DNA of 33,427 nucleotides from Myxococcales bacterium (GCA_043747615.1 JAYTOU010000013.1:1-33427), one strand, 5' to 3'. Positions 9,281-19,573 are shown, counted from the stretch's first letter. The notes: generated by a model from the sequence alone, not told the origin. Made by a program: numbers and translations.

Positions 9281-10124
9281 CTTCTCCAGCCGGCACGCCA
9301 TCGCACGCGCGCTGCTGATCATTCCTGCCCTCGCGTTCGCACGGCCGGCCGCAGCGAGCCCCCGCCCGCTTCCGTTCACGTACCCGTACGAGACGCTCGC
9401 GAAAGGGGAAACAGAGCTCGAGCTCTACAGCGATCTGAACCCGCTTCGCGTCCTTCGCGACCCGCTCGACCCGGCCCAGGGTCGGCTCTGGGGGCCGCAG
9501 TACATTCTTCAATCCGAGTTCGAGTACGGGGTCACCGATCACACCGAGCTCGGTTTCTACCAAGTGTTCAAAGCGGACCCGGAGAACGGCGGCGGAAACA
9601 AAATGAGCTTCGATGGCTTCAAGTGGCGGGTGCGCACGCGTCTCTTCGAGGCCGACGAGCTCCCGGTCGACGTGGCGCTTTATCTCGAGCTCGAGACGCT
9701 CCACGACGAGCTCGCGCTCGAAGAAAAAATTCTTCTCCAGAAACGCCTTGGCCGTCTGCGCCTGATGGCGAACCTGTGGGTCGAGCAGGAGCTCGATCGT
9801 CCGTTCGATCGCGCAGGTGCCGGAGAGTCGAAAGCCCTCAAATTCGTGGTCAATCCCACGTTCGGCGGGACCTATCAAATCACCCCCGTGTTCCACGTCG
9901 GCGGGGAATACTGGGCGCGCGGCGTCTACGGCCCGAAGGGCTCGGACCTCGACCAGAGGAATGAAGCGCTTCATCACTTCATCGGCCCCGTGGTTCACCT
10001 CAACTTCGGCAAGCTGTGGTGGACGAGCGGGCTCTACGCGAATCTGAACGACTCGACGAAACCGCAACCCGGCGAGACCTACGGACCGTGGTGGTTTCGC
10101 ACGGTGCTCGGAGTAGATCTTTGA
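9270..10124 (+). CDS. Putative outer-membrane beta-barrel protein (DUF6662-like)
   Basis: Sec signal ending AAA-S; FTYPYETLAKGETELE, EFEYGVTD, LEEKILLQK; alternating aromatic strands; C-terminal FRTVLGVDL. Start at ATG 9270 or TTG 9264. Confidence 0.65.
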   Translation: MTFNFSSRHAIARALLIIPALAFARPAAASPRPLPFTYPYETLAKGETELELYSDLNPLRVLRDPLDPAQGRLWGPQYILQSEFEYGVTDHTELGFYQVFKADPENGGGNKMSFDGFKWRVRTRLFEADELPVDVALYLELETLHDELALEEKILLQKRLGRLRLMANLWVEQELDRPFDRAGAGESKALKFVVNPTFGGTYQITPVFHVGGEYWARGVYGPKGSDLDQRNEALHHFIGPVVHLNFGKLWWTSGLYANLNDSTKPQPGETYGPWWFRTVLGVDL

Positions 10125-10411
10125 CGGCGGCCGCCCCACGGCTAGGTCTCCTCCTGTGCTTGCTCTCTGGCTGCGGTGCGTCGCCGACCCCGACCGAAGC
10201 GCAGCGCGTGACCGACCAAGCTGGGGAGGTCCGCGACGTTCGCTACATTCATCGCTCTCGGTGCGGTAACTGCCACGTGCGCGTTGAGCCCGGCACACGC
10301 ACGCACGCGGAGCTCGACGAAGCCTTCGCGCGTCATCGCAAGCGCGTTCACATGAGCGACCAAGAGTGGGCGAGGATGGCCGACTACCTCGCCTCGGACG
10401 GAACGAGGTAG
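10121..10411 (+). CDS. Small monoheme cytochrome c lipoprotein
   Basis: TTG start overlapping the upstream TGA (TTGA) with GGAG RBS; lipobox LSGC; CGNCH; C-terminal class-I-like helix 'EWARMADYL'. Confidence 0.75.
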   Translation: MTAAAPRLGLLLCLLSGCGASPTPTEAQRVTDQAGEVRDVRYIHRSRCGNCHVRVEPGTRTHAELDEAFARHRKRVHMSDQEWARMADYLASDGTR

Positions 10412-10420
10412 CTTACGTGC

Positions 10421-11881
10421 GTGGCTGAAACGCGCACACTCGGTCTTCGCGTCCAGATCGTCCTCGCCCTCGCGGGGCTGATGATCCTGGCCTTCGTGCC
10501 GCTCTTCTTCGCGGTGGCGAGCCTCACGCGGGCCACGCTCCGTGGGGTGCGCGAGCAGGACGCACGGACGCTCGGTCGTGCCGTGGCTGCGCACGTGGGA
10601 GATGCTCGCCGAGCCCACGATCGCCGAGGGCTGGAGCGGATCCTGGAGAGCAGCGTCGGCGGGGACGGCGTCTACGCAATCGGAGTCTTCGGCAGCGCAG
10701 GAAAGCTGGAGGCAAGCGCTGGCGACCCCGTCGAGATCGCCGCGATGCACCCCGTCTCGCCCTACGGCGAGCGCGCCGAGACGGTACGCGGCACGAGTGG
10801 TCGCGTCCTCGAAGTGGTGGTCCCGAACGACGACGCGGCGGTGGTGGCTCGCCTGAAAACGGACGATTCGACCGATCACGCTGCGCCCCTCGTGCGCCTG
10901 GTGGCGCTCTACATGGCGACCTTCGGCATAGCGCTCCTGACGTTCGCGTACTTCGCGCTGACGCGCCTCATCGTGCGGCCGGTGGATGCGCTCGCACGCG
11001 CGACCAGTCGGGTGGCCGAGGGTGCGCGCAGCCTGGCAGTACCGCTACCCCGCGCTCGCGAGCTGTCGGATCTCGCGGTGAGCGTACAGACAATGGCCAC
11101 ACGTCTCATCGACGAAGAGGCAGCGCTGCGCCGCAAGGTGGAGGAGCTCACGGCCACCACCACCCGCCTCACCGAGACGCAGCGCCAGCTCGTGCGCAGC
11201 GAACGGCTCGCCAGCGTGGGTCGGCTAGCCGCCGGTTTGGCGCACGAGATCGGTAACCCGATTGCCGCTCTCCTCGGCATGGAAGAGATCCTGATCGACG
11301 GCGGCCTCGACGCCGAGACGGAGCGCGATTTTTTGGTACGCATGAAAAAAGAGACCGAGCGCATCAACAACGTGGTGCGCGATCTCCTTGATTTTGCGCG
11401 TCCGGAAGCAAAAACGGTAGCGCCGACGCTCACCCCTGCCGACGTCCGCGAAGTGCTCGAAGACGTGACCGCGCTGATGAAGCCTCAGAAAGGATTCAAG
11501 TCGATCACCGTCGCGATCGTCGCGCCGAGGGACGGGCTGCGGGTTGCCCTCGCCGGTCCCAAGCTGACCCAAGTCCTTCTCAACATGGTGCTCAACGCGG
11601 GCGCGGCGATGGGCGATCGCGAGGGGACGATCACGTTGCGCGCGGCGCGTGAGGCCGGAGGCGTACGCATCGAGGTCGAAGACAGCGGCCCCGGCGTACC
11701 TGTCGGAATGGAGGAAGAAATCTTCGAGCCCTTCTTCACGACCAAAGAAGTAGGAGACGGCACGGGGCTCGGTCTCTCCGTGTGCCGCGGAATCGTCGAG
11801 TCGGCGCGGGGAACGATCGCCGTCGATCGCACCTACCAGGAAGGGGCGAGGTTCGTCGTCAGTCTCCCGGCGGGCGAGTAG
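10421..11881 (+). CDS. Membrane HAMP sensor histidine kinase (NtrB-type H-box)
   Basis: Two TM segments, HAMP, ERLASVGRLAAGLAHEIGNP, N-box LLNMVLNA, DSGPG, IFEPFFTTK, GTGLGL. Confidence 0.95.
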   Translation: MAETRTLGLRVQIVLALAGLMILAFVPLFFAVASLTRATLRGVREQDARTLGRAVAAHVGDARRAHDRRGLERILESSVGGDGVYAIGVFGSAGKLEASAGDPVEIAAMHPVSPYGERAETVRGTSGRVLEVVVPNDDAAVVARLKTDDSTDHAAPLVRLVALYMATFGIALLTFAYFALTRLIVRPVDALARATSRVAEGARSLAVPLPRARELSDLAVSVQTMATRLIDEEAALRRKVEELTATTTRLTETQRQLVRSERLASVGRLAAGLAHEIGNPIAALLGMEEILIDGGLDAETERDFLVRMKKETERINNVVRDLLDFARPEAKTVAPTLTPADVREVLEDVTALMKPQKGFKSITVAIVAPRDGLRVALAGPKLTQVLLNMVLNAGAAMGDREGTITLRAAREAGGVRIEVEDSGPGVPVGMEEEIFEPFFTTKEVGDGTGLGLSVCRGIVESARGTIAVDRTYQEGARFVVSLPAGE

Positions 11882-11891
11882 ACCTCGACCC

Positions 11892-12671
11892 TCAGAGAAA
11901 ATCGGCGAGGGGCACGACGGAAAGTCCCCGCTTGCGAATGGCGCGGAGCACGTCGGGAAGCGCTTGCGGACCCACCGGCTCGTGAGAATCGCGCTCGGCC
12001 GCGTCGTGCATGAGAACGATCGCGCCGTCGGCGAGTTTGTCGCGCACCCGGCGAGCCGCTGCCTTCGCGCTCGCACCGCGGGTGCCGTCGCGCGCGCTCA
12101 CCGTCCATCCGACGACGGTGAGATCGAGGTCTTCGGCCACGCGGGCGATGGGCGGTGTGGTGTGCCCGATCGGCGGACGGAAGAGGGTGGGGCGTACTCC
12201 GGTGATCTCGGTGAGGACTTCGACTCCGCGCGTAAGATCGTCGCGCACGCGGCGCTCCGAACGCAGAGAAAACAGGCGATCGTGGGCGTAGGAGTGAAGT
12301 CCCACGGAGTGACCGCGGGCGAGAATTTCTTTCACGACGTCCGAGTGTTTCTCGGCTTTCCGAGCGATCACGAAGAACGTGCCCTGCACCTTCGCCTCGT
12401 CGAGCGCGTCCATCACACGCCTCGTCCAGATGGGATCAGGCCCGTCGTCGAAGGTGAGCGCCACCCCGCGCGCGTCGCGTGGGCCTCGAACGACGGCGTC
12501 GACGAACACCCGCAGGTTCATGTTCAGAACCGCGAAAAGAAGAAACGCGATGTATGCGAGCGCGGCCGCTGACACGAGCTCCAGCGGAAGAGGGCTGACG
12601 AAAATTCCGAACAAGGTGATCGGAAGTGCGGCGCCGGTGGCGGCATAAAAGACGGCGCGAGCCGGGGGCAT
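11892..12671 (-). CDS. Polysaccharide deacetylase (CE4/NodB) with N-terminal TM anchor
   Basis: LTFDDGP, HSYAH, FRPP, IVLMHD motifs. Confidence 0.93.
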   Translation of the reverse strand: MPPARAVFYAATGAALPITLFGIFVSPLPLELVSAAALAYIAFLLFAVLNMNLRVFVDAVVRGPRDARGVALTFDDGPDPIWTRRVMDALDEAKVQGTFFVIARKAEKHSDVVKEILARGHSVGLHSYAHDRLFSLRSERRVRDDLTRGVEVLTEITGVRPTLFRPPIGHTTPPIARVAEDLDLTVVGWTVSARDGTRGASAKAAARRVRDKLADGAIVLMHDAAERDSHEPVGPQALPDVLRAIRKRGLSVVPLADFL

Positions 12672-12695
12672 GGATGGTCGCTTGATTGACGTGCG

Positions 12696-13211
12696 CTAAC
12701 GCTTCGCGCGCTTGGGCGGCTCGGCGTCGGCTTCTTCTTCGGACGCGTCCGAGGCAGCGACTCGTACTTTTTTCGCTGCAGCGCCCGCTTTCGCCGGCTT
12801 GTCTGCTTTCTTCGCTTCGTCGGGTTCGTCCGTGTTGTCGAGCCCGTAGAAAGCGCCGAGGATGGCCGCGATGATCGGAAGAGATGCGGCAGGCAAGCTT
12901 CCGAGGACACCGTAGCCCGCGCCGATCGCGCTGAGATCGACCGGAACTTCCACCCAGCGCCTGAGCGCTAACATGGCGACGGCGCCGACCACGGCTCCGA
13001 CGATCGCCTTCAGCCCCGCTTCGATCTGGCCGCCCTTCGCCCAGATTGGCTTTCCGGCGACGAGGCCCACGAAGACCCCCGTAACCGCCGCGAACGCGTA
13101 CGCCAAAGTTCCAGAGAAGACCGTCAGCGCAAGCCCCTTCACCAAGACCGCCGCAACGATGGCGCCCATGATGAAACCGGTAATCAGGCCGATGATGAGC
13201 CTCTTCAACAT
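12696..13211 (-). CDS. Hypothetical Gly/Ala-rich membrane protein (about 4 TM) with charged tail
   Basis: Hydrophobic helices; co-oriented between recD2 and the deacetylase. Confidence 0.7.
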   Translation of the reverse strand: MLKRLIIGLITGFIMGAIVAAVLVKGLALTVFSGTLAYAFAAVTGVFVGLVAGKPIWAKGGQIEAGLKAIVGAVVGAVAMLALRRWVEVPVDLSAIGAGYGVLGSLPAASLPIIAAILGAFYGLDNTDEPDEAKKADKPAKAGAAAKKVRVAASDASEEEADAEPPKRAKR

Positions 13212-13260
13212 GACTTCACCATGTACCTGCTTACCAGCGTGACCAGCCTTCCTCGGTACG

Positions 13261-15474
13261 TCAACGGCCCGCCTCTTGTGCTCTCGCGATTTTGTCGATC
13301 AGCCGTGGTTCGAGTCTCGTTCTTCGCTCGCGCCTGCGGTCCTCTGCGAGAGCAAGCGACAGAGCGCGCGGATCTGCCACGAGAACGACCAGTCTCTTCC
13401 CGCGAGTGACGGCAGTATAGAGAAGATTGCGCGAGAGCATCACGAAGTGTGTCGTGAGAAGCGGGATGACTACGGCAGGGTATTCGCTCCCCTGGGATTT
13501 GTGGATGCTCGAAGCGTAGGCGAGGGTCAGCTGGTCGAGAGCTGCCGGCTCGTAAATGATTTCTCGCTCCTGGTCATAACGTACATGGAGCGATTCTTCT
13601 TCCTGGTCGACCTGGGTCACGATGCCGATGTCGCCATTCCACACGTCTCGGTCGTAGTCGTTGCGTAGCTGCATGACCTTGTCGCCCACGCGAAACGTCC
13701 TCGTCCCCCGGGTGACGCTGTCGCCACCGTGGGAAGGGTTGAGCGCACCCTGAAGAGCCTCGTTGAGGGCGATGGTGCCCGCCGGGCCGCGGTGCATTGG
13801 CGTGAGGACTTGCACGTCGCGCACCGGATCGAGTCCGAATCTGTTCGGGATGCGGGCGGTTATGAGCTCGAGGATGGTGGCCTTGGCGCTCGCGGCGTCG
13901 CGCCTCTCGATAACGTAAAAATCGACGTTTTTCGCCTTCGAATTCGACGTCGGCGGCTCCCCTCGATTGATGAGGTGGGCATTCTCGACGATGAGGCTCC
14001 CCTCGGCTTGGCGAAAAATATGAGTGAGCTTCACGCACGGGACGGTGCGCGAAGAGATGAGATCCCGCAGCACGGCTCCAGGCCCAACGCTCGGCAGCTG
14101 GTCGACGTCGCCCACGAGGATGAGTCGCGTCCCCACCGCGACTGCCTGAGCGAGCGCGTCAGCCAGCGGAAGATCAATCATCGACGCTTCGTCGACGACC
14201 ACCACGTCGGCTTCGATCGCGCATGCCGCGTCACGCTTGAACACGGCGCGCTTCGGATCGAACTCGAGCAGGCGATGAAGCGTCGTTGCCTCACGCCCCG
14301 TCGATTCGGCGAGTCGTTTTGCAGCCCGACCCGTCGGCGCGGCGAGCCTCACCACCAGACGGGCGCGATCGAAAACGGCCAAAATCGCCCGCACAATCGT
14401 CGTTTTTCCGACACCCGGCCCACCGGTGATGACCATGAGCTGGCGCTTGGTCGCTTCTCGAACCGCTTCGCGTTGGGCGGTCGCTAGCGTCACTCCGGAT
14501 CGATCTTCGAACGCGCGAATGTCGTCTTCCGCACCAGTCAGCTCCGTCGCAGGAGAAGTCGCAAGCGCAGCGATGCGATCGGCGAGGCGCACTTCGGCGG
14601 CGTGAAGGCGCTGCGGAAAAACGATCTCGCCCTCCTCGTTCGTCTCCGTGACCACGTAGCCGCCCGCTGCGAGAGCGCGTACCGCATGAACGAGCTTGGC
14701 TTCGACGTCAGGCAATTCCAGCATCCCCCCGGTGCGCGTGACGAGCTCCGCGAGCGGCACATCGACGTGTCCCGCTTCGGTGAGATCGTGGAGCGTCTGG
14801 AACACCCCAGCTTGCAGTCGCGCCGGGTCTTCGGCTTCGATCCCAAAACTTTGAGCGATGCGGTCGGCCGTCTTGAATCCGATCCCCCAGACGTCGAGCG
14901 CGAGGCGATACGGGTCGCGCGAGACCACGTGGACGGCGTCTTTTCCGTAGCGCTTGAGGATGCGTGCGGCGAGGGCCACCGAGGCTCCGTGCGCCTGGAG
15001 AAAGACCATCACCTCCCGAACCGCGCGCTGCTCGCTCCATGCTTTGGCTACGTGCTCGATGCGTTTTTTTCCGAGCCCGGCGACCTCGTGCAGCCGCTCC
15101 GGCGCTTCATCGAGGACACGCAGAGTGTCGAAACCGAACGTCCGCACGATCTTCCTTGCGAAGCCTTCGCCGACCCCTTTGATCATTCCCGAGGCGAGGT
15201 AGCGTTCGATGCCCACGAGGGTGCTTGGAAGGAGCTCGGTCACGGTCTCGGCCTTGAGCTGCTCCCCGTGTTTCTTGTCGTGAATGAACGTGCCCCGCAC
15301 GCGAACGCGCGATCCGACGGCTACCTGCGGAAAATTGCCGACCACGGCAAGGCGCTCCGCTCTCCCCTCGACGGCCACCTTGATGACCCTAAAGCCCGTC
15401 TCGACGTTCTCGAACGTGACGCGCTCGACGTCGCCTTCGATCATCGTTTCTCGGGGAGAGCCGCTCACGGTCAC
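13261..15474 (-). CDS. recD2: ATP-dependent RecD2-like SF1B DNA helicase
   Basis: N-terminal OB domain, HhH repeats (GVGEG, GLGKK, GIGFKTAD), Walker A GGPGVGKT, DEASM, GDVDQLPSVGPG, IHKSQGSEY, LYTAVTRG. The start may be ATG 15444. Confidence 0.95.
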   Translation of the reverse strand: MTVSGSPRETMIEGDVERVTFENVETGFRVIKVAVEGRAERLAVVGNFPQVAVGSRVRVRGTFIHDKKHGEQLKAETVTELLPSTLVGIERYLASGMIKGVGEGFARKIVRTFGFDTLRVLDEAPERLHEVAGLGKKRIEHVAKAWSEQRAVREVMVFLQAHGASVALAARILKRYGKDAVHVVSRDPYRLALDVWGIGFKTADRIAQSFGIEAEDPARLQAGVFQTLHDLTEAGHVDVPLAELVTRTGGMLELPDVEAKLVHAVRALAAGGYVVTETNEEGEIVFPQRLHAAEVRLADRIAALATSPATELTGAEDDIRAFEDRSGVTLATAQREAVREATKRQLMVITGGPGVGKTTIVRAILAVFDRARLVVRLAAPTGRAAKRLAESTGREATTLHRLLEFDPKRAVFKRDAACAIEADVVVVDEASMIDLPLADALAQAVAVGTRLILVGDVDQLPSVGPGAVLRDLISSRTVPCVKLTHIFRQAEGSLIVENAHLINRGEPPTSNSKAKNVDFYVIERRDAASAKATILELITARIPNRFGLDPVRDVQVLTPMHRGPAGTIALNEALQGALNPSHGGDSVTRGTRTFRVGDKVMQLRNDYDRDVWNGDIGIVTQVDQEEESLHVRYDQEREIIYEPAALDQLTLAYASSIHKSQGSEYPAVVIPLLTTHFVMLSRNLLYTAVTRGKRLVVLVADPRALSLALAEDRRRERRTRLEPRLIDKIARAQEAGR

Positions 15475-15530
15475 AACTTATCGAACTTTTCGCGCGCGCC
15501 GCCTCCGAGATTGGTAATCAAAGGATCGGC

Positions 15531-16169
15531 ATGCCCTCGTTCATCACGTACACGATTCTCTGTTTTGGCTCGCTCTTCTCGATCGTCGATCCGTTTGCGG
15601 CGCTCCCCGTGTTTTTGGCGCTCGTCGGCGATCATCCGAAGTCCGTGCAGGCGAAGACGGCGGCGCAAGCCTCGCTCACCTGCCTTGCGGTGCTGACTTC
15701 GTTCTCCCTCGGGGGCGCGGTCATCTTCAGTTTTTTCAGCATCAGCATCCCAGCGTTCAAGCTCGCGGGCGGCGTCCTTCTCTTCGGCGTTGGCTTGGAG
15801 ATGATGCGCGCCAAGCAGTCCGACACGCGCTCGACGAAAGAAGAACGACACGAAGCCGAGACCAAAGAGGAGGTCGGCGTCATTCCGCTCGGTCTTCCAC
15901 TCTTGTCGGGCCCCGGATCCATCGCGACGGTGATGGTGCTCACCGGCAAAGCAAAGACGCTCGAGCTGCGCGCGTCGGTGCACGTCGCGATCATTGCGGT
16001 CAGCTTGATCGCGTTCCTCGTCCTCCGCTCGGCGACCTACGTCGCGCGCGCTCTCGGCAGGACGGGCATCAACCTCATTGGACGAATCATGGGGCTCATC
16101 CTCGCGGCGACGGCGATGCAGTTCGTCATCGACGGCGCGCGCGAGGCGTTTCCCAAGTTGCTGCAGTAG
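15531..16169 (+). CDS. marC: MarC family inner-membrane protein
   Basis: IVDPF, ISIPAFKLAGG, PLGLPLLSGPGSI, RIMGLIL. Confidence 0.9.
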   Translation: MPSFITYTILCFGSLFSIVDPFAALPVFLALVGDHPKSVQAKTAAQASLTCLAVLTSFSLGGAVIFSFFSISIPAFKLAGGVLLFGVGLEMMRAKQSDTRSTKEERHEAETKEEVGVIPLGLPLLSGPGSIATVMVLTGKAKTLELRASVHVAIIAVSLIAFLVLRSATYVARALGRTGINLIGRIMGLILAATAMQFVIDGAREAFPKLLQ

Positions 16170-16185
16170 TTACACCGAGCGTCGA

Positions 16186-17364
16186 TCAGTTGATCGAGTG
16201 GGTGTACGTACTGAGCTGGAAGTTGCCCGAAGCCGTCGTGGGGGAATAAGCCGCCACGTAGATCCAAACGAACGAGTTTGCTGGGATCGTGACCGAGTGG
16301 TCGCTGGAATCGTCCTGCATGAGGCCGGCCCAGGAATTCTTGCACGCGGTCGTGATGAGGGTACTGCTGCAGTTGTCGTCATTCACGTCGACGCAATTGC
16401 CGCGATCCGCATCCGTCGTGGGCGGGTCGGTGCTGGCGGCGTAGGAAGTCATCACCGTGTCGATGATCGTGCCTGCGGTCGGCAAGGAGCTCCACACCGA
16501 TATGGTCGCGGAATGCGTCGCGTTCTTGTTGACTACCTTGACGAAGGTGGCGATCGTTTGGGTCGTGAGAACGCTGTCTGGGCACGTCCCCGTATCGAGT
16601 CTCGTGATCTTCGGGCCGAAGGCAAAGGTTGCTGTAGCCGTTCCACTCGCGGTTTTCGCAATAATGAGCGTGGGCGGGGGCGGGGGCGCCGTGCACGTGG
16701 TGCTGGGCACGCCCCAGTGGCAAGCGACGTCGCATGTCGTCGTTCGTCCGAGACCCGCGTCGCAGGAGAGCGCGGGTGAGAACTCCGTATCGCCAGGGCT
16801 GCAGACGCCCGAGCCCGTGCACAAGCCTGTCGTCCAATTGCAGAAGTTGTCGCAGAGCCGAGGCTGAGTCCCGCAAAAGCCGCAGGCCAAGATATCGCTC
16901 GCGCCGGGTAGGCACCCTCCGACGACCGGGTTCACGCATGCGCCCCAGGTCTGCCAGGTCGGTGTTCCGCCGTCAGTCGTGGCAAGGCACACGCGATCGC
17001 GGTGGCCGCAAAGCCCGCACATGGGGTCACGCTGTTGTTCGCCGTTGGGCATGCAGGGTGAACCCTGCGGCTCGAACGCGGCGTCTGTGACGATGACTCC
17101 GTCGAATGGAGCATCGACGATGCCCGTGTCATGGACTCCGGTGTCGCCGCTGCCGGTATCCGTTCCCGAGTCGACCTTCGTCGTCGAGTCCATGTTGCCG
17201 GTCGTCGCGTCCTCCACGCCGGAGTCGTGATCGCCGACGGCGGGCGCCGCGTCCTGAGAAGCGTCGGGCGGGTCTCCGACGGGGTCATTCGCGGCCGCGC
17301 TGCACGCCGCGATCGCGCCAACGAGCGCAAAGAAGAAGGATGTTCGGATGGTCGTGCTACGCAT
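16186..17364 (-). CDS. Cys-rich lipoprotein, myxobacterial type
   Basis: Lipobox IAAC, DAS/DSG/DTG linker, CGLCG/CGFCG..RxC repeats, C-terminal PPC-like beta domain; AAGGAG RBS. Confidence 0.75.
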   Translation of the reverse strand: MRSTTIRTSFFFALVGAIAACSAAANDPVGDPPDASQDAAPAVGDHDSGVEDATTGNMDSTTKVDSGTDTGSGDTGVHDTGIVDAPFDGVIVTDAAFEPQGSPCMPNGEQQRDPMCGLCGHRDRVCLATTDGGTPTWQTWGACVNPVVGGCLPGASDILACGFCGTQPRLCDNFCNWTTGLCTGSGVCSPGDTEFSPALSCDAGLGRTTTCDVACHWGVPSTTCTAPPPPPTLIIAKTASGTATATFAFGPKITRLDTGTCPDSVLTTQTIATFVKVVNKNATHSATISVWSSLPTAGTIIDTVMTSYAASTDPPTTDADRGNCVDVNDDNCSSTLITTACKNSWAGLMQDDSSDHSVTIPANSFVWIYVAAYSPTTASGNFQLSTYTHSIN

Positions 17365-17393
17365 TTAGTAACTCCTTGCTCGCGCAAGACAGG

Positions 17394-19226
17394 TCAGTGG
17401 AAGCAGAGTGCTTTTTCATCGAGCGGCGAGCTGCCACCCGAGGTCAGTAACGTGAGGGAACTGGGAGTCGTCGTGCCGTTGTCGACGCAAAACGACTTCG
17501 AGCCATCCGTGGCCAGGCGAGGCGTCACCGAAGGGGTCGGCTTCACGTCACACGAGAGAACCCCGGCCGCCACGTGGGTGGTGATGAGGGCCGCCTTCCA
17601 CATGTCCCCGTCGGTGTTCAGGCCTGAGGCTGCGAGCTGCGGAAAGTCATTCCCGGTAACGGGGTTGTAGCCGCTCGAGAGGACGCGCTCGCCATTGCAG
17701 TACACGTTCACGTGCACCTTCGTGACGTCTCCGCCGCGATAGAAATTTACCCCGACCGCGTACTTCTCGCCGTCCGCGGGATTGTCCATGTTGATGTTTT
17801 CCGACCCGCAGAAGGCATCCGAGGCGTTCGGATTCGTCAGGCTCGGATCGCACGAGGTGATGTCGCGATCCAGGCGCGGGTTATTGCACGTTGCTCCCGT
17901 CGTTTTCGAGCCCCAACCGACGCACGAGCTCGCCGTCGGCGTCGCAGCGTGCCATGTGGTCGCCGAATCATTTTTGCAGCTGGCGTAGTAGCAATCCTCT
18001 TGCGTTGGCGCGCCGCAGGTGCCGCTCCAACCCTTCGTTGCCGGGCAGTTGAACGCGCCCGCGGTCGGTACCCCGGAGGTCATGGCCACGTGCAGATCGA
18101 TGTCGTCGCCGCCGCTGATGGAATTGCCCATGTGGTCCCAGCAAAGCTCCGTACGGAGGCCGGGGGCGCGGACCTGAATCTTCTGCGAACACGCGTAGTG
18201 CTTTCCGCCCCAGTCGAACTCGCCGTCGACGATGTAGTCGCCGCTCAGCGAGAAGGCGGGGTAGATGACGGAATTTACCGCCGGTGCGCTGGCGACCATT
18301 CCGTGCTCTTTGCCCGAGCTGCCGAGTGTGTCGTTCTGAGTACCGAGGGGGTTGCCGTTGCCGTTGACGCCATTGTAGATGCCGAACGACGGATGCGGCG
18401 CGATGTTGTCGCAGTCGCCGCCGCGGAGGGTCCACTTCCAGTTGCTCGCGCTGCTCACCAGGCTTGCCGAGAGGAACCACGTCGCGGCGTCGACCTTCAG
18501 CGGAAGTAGGCTCGGATTCGGGTAGGGTACGGTCTGCAGGACGTCGACCGGGCAGGTCACCACTTCGCCGTGGCAGGAGCAGTCCTTCGTCGCCGAGTTC
18601 TGTTCGGCGCCGTCGCAGTTGAAGTCGCCGGGCGCGCACGCGTCGTCGCCGTAGGGAGCCTGGGCGCCGCGGCACTGGCCGCTCCACTTCGGAAACTCGC
18701 CGTTTTTTCCGCAGTCCATCGAGCCTTTGGAGTTCGTAGCGCACCAACCAACGGGCAATCCGCCAGCGGTCTGCGAGGCGGGGACCAAGTAGCAGTCCTT
18801 CGTGGCTCCGACGGTCGGGCACGAGCATCCTTCGTCGACGAGACCGTTGCAGTTGTCGTCGAAGCCGTTGCCACCCGCGGCGTTCGCGGGAAATCCGGTT
18901 AGATCGTGGTGGCCGTCGCACTCGTTGTCATCGGCGCCATAGTGCACGCAAAGGCGCTGCACGGGGCCGGGGGCCGCCGATGCATCGGGCGAGCAGCTCC
19001 GTCCGTCTTGATCCGGATCGCCGTCCTGCGTGCCGCCGTTGCCGATGCTGCCTTCGACCGACGAATCACTAAAAAGCTCGCCGGTTTCCGCGGCGTCCAA
19101 CGTGTTGGCGAAGTCAGCGTGTTTGGTGCCAGAGCAGGCCAAAGGGCCGACGACGGTGAACGCGCCAACGCAGAACGCGACGACACCACAGAAACGTGAG
19201 ATGCGCATGACAAGCCTCTCGCTCAA
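17394..19226 (-). CDS. Large Cys-rich lipoprotein with DDNCNGLVDEG putative metal-binding motif
   Basis: Lipobox PLAC (likely start ATG about 19208); GFDDNCNGLVDEGC, DFNCDG, ELCWD..DIDLH..RLDRD..ENIN motifs. Confidence 0.75.
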   Translation of the reverse strand: MSERLVMRISRFCGVVAFCVGAFTVVGPLACSGTKHADFANTLDAAETGELFSDSSVEGSIGNGGTQDGDPDQDGRSCSPDASAAPGPVQRLCVHYGADDNECDGHHDLTGFPANAAGGNGFDDNCNGLVDEGCSCPTVGATKDCYLVPASQTAGGLPVGWCATNSKGSMDCGKNGEFPKWSGQCRGAQAPYGDDACAPGDFNCDGAEQNSATKDCSCHGEVVTCPVDVLQTVPYPNPSLLPLKVDAATWFLSASLVSSASNWKWTLRGGDCDNIAPHPSFGIYNGVNGNGNPLGTQNDTLGSSGKEHGMVASAPAVNSVIYPAFSLSGDYIVDGEFDWGGKHYACSQKIQVRAPGLRTELCWDHMGNSISGGDDIDLHVAMTSGVPTAGAFNCPATKGWSGTCGAPTQEDCYYASCKNDSATTWHAATPTASSCVGWGSKTTGATCNNPRLDRDITSCDPSLTNPNASDAFCGSENINMDNPADGEKYAVGVNFYRGGDVTKVHVNVYCNGERVLSSGYNPVTGNDFPQLAASGLNTDGDMWKAALITTHVAAGVLSCDVKPTPSVTPRLATDGSKSFCVDNGTTTPSSLTLLTSGGSSPLDEKALCFH

Positions 19227-19453
19227 AAGGTTCGACCCTGAAGAGAGTCGTCGACAACTGGGCGTCTTGCCCCAGAGCCGAAAAGAAGGTGCGGCTACTT
19301 AGCCTGTGGTACTCGCTCGCGCAAGTCACACATTGGCCGACAAGGTGAGTGCGGTTGAACGGTAACCAAGCAAGCGCCGTTCCCGTGCGAATTTATTCGA
19401 TTTTTCGAAACCGGAGGCTTGAACCTCGCGTGTAGGTGCGAGTCCGACTCGCG

Positions 19454-19491
19454 AAAAAACGAATGGCCCCGAAGCTTTCGCTCCGAGGCCA
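19454..19491 (-). terminator. Rho-independent terminator of groESL
   Basis: Minus strand TGGCCTCGGAGC-GAAA-GCTTCGGGGCCA stem (with G-U pairs and a GNRA loop) followed by TTCGTTTTTT. Confidence 0.85.
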
Positions 19492-19573
19492 CCTTTTCAA
19501 CACGACATACTCTGAAACTAGCGAGCTGAACCCGCGGTCACCCGTGGATCGCGCGGGTCATGTCCGCCTGGAT

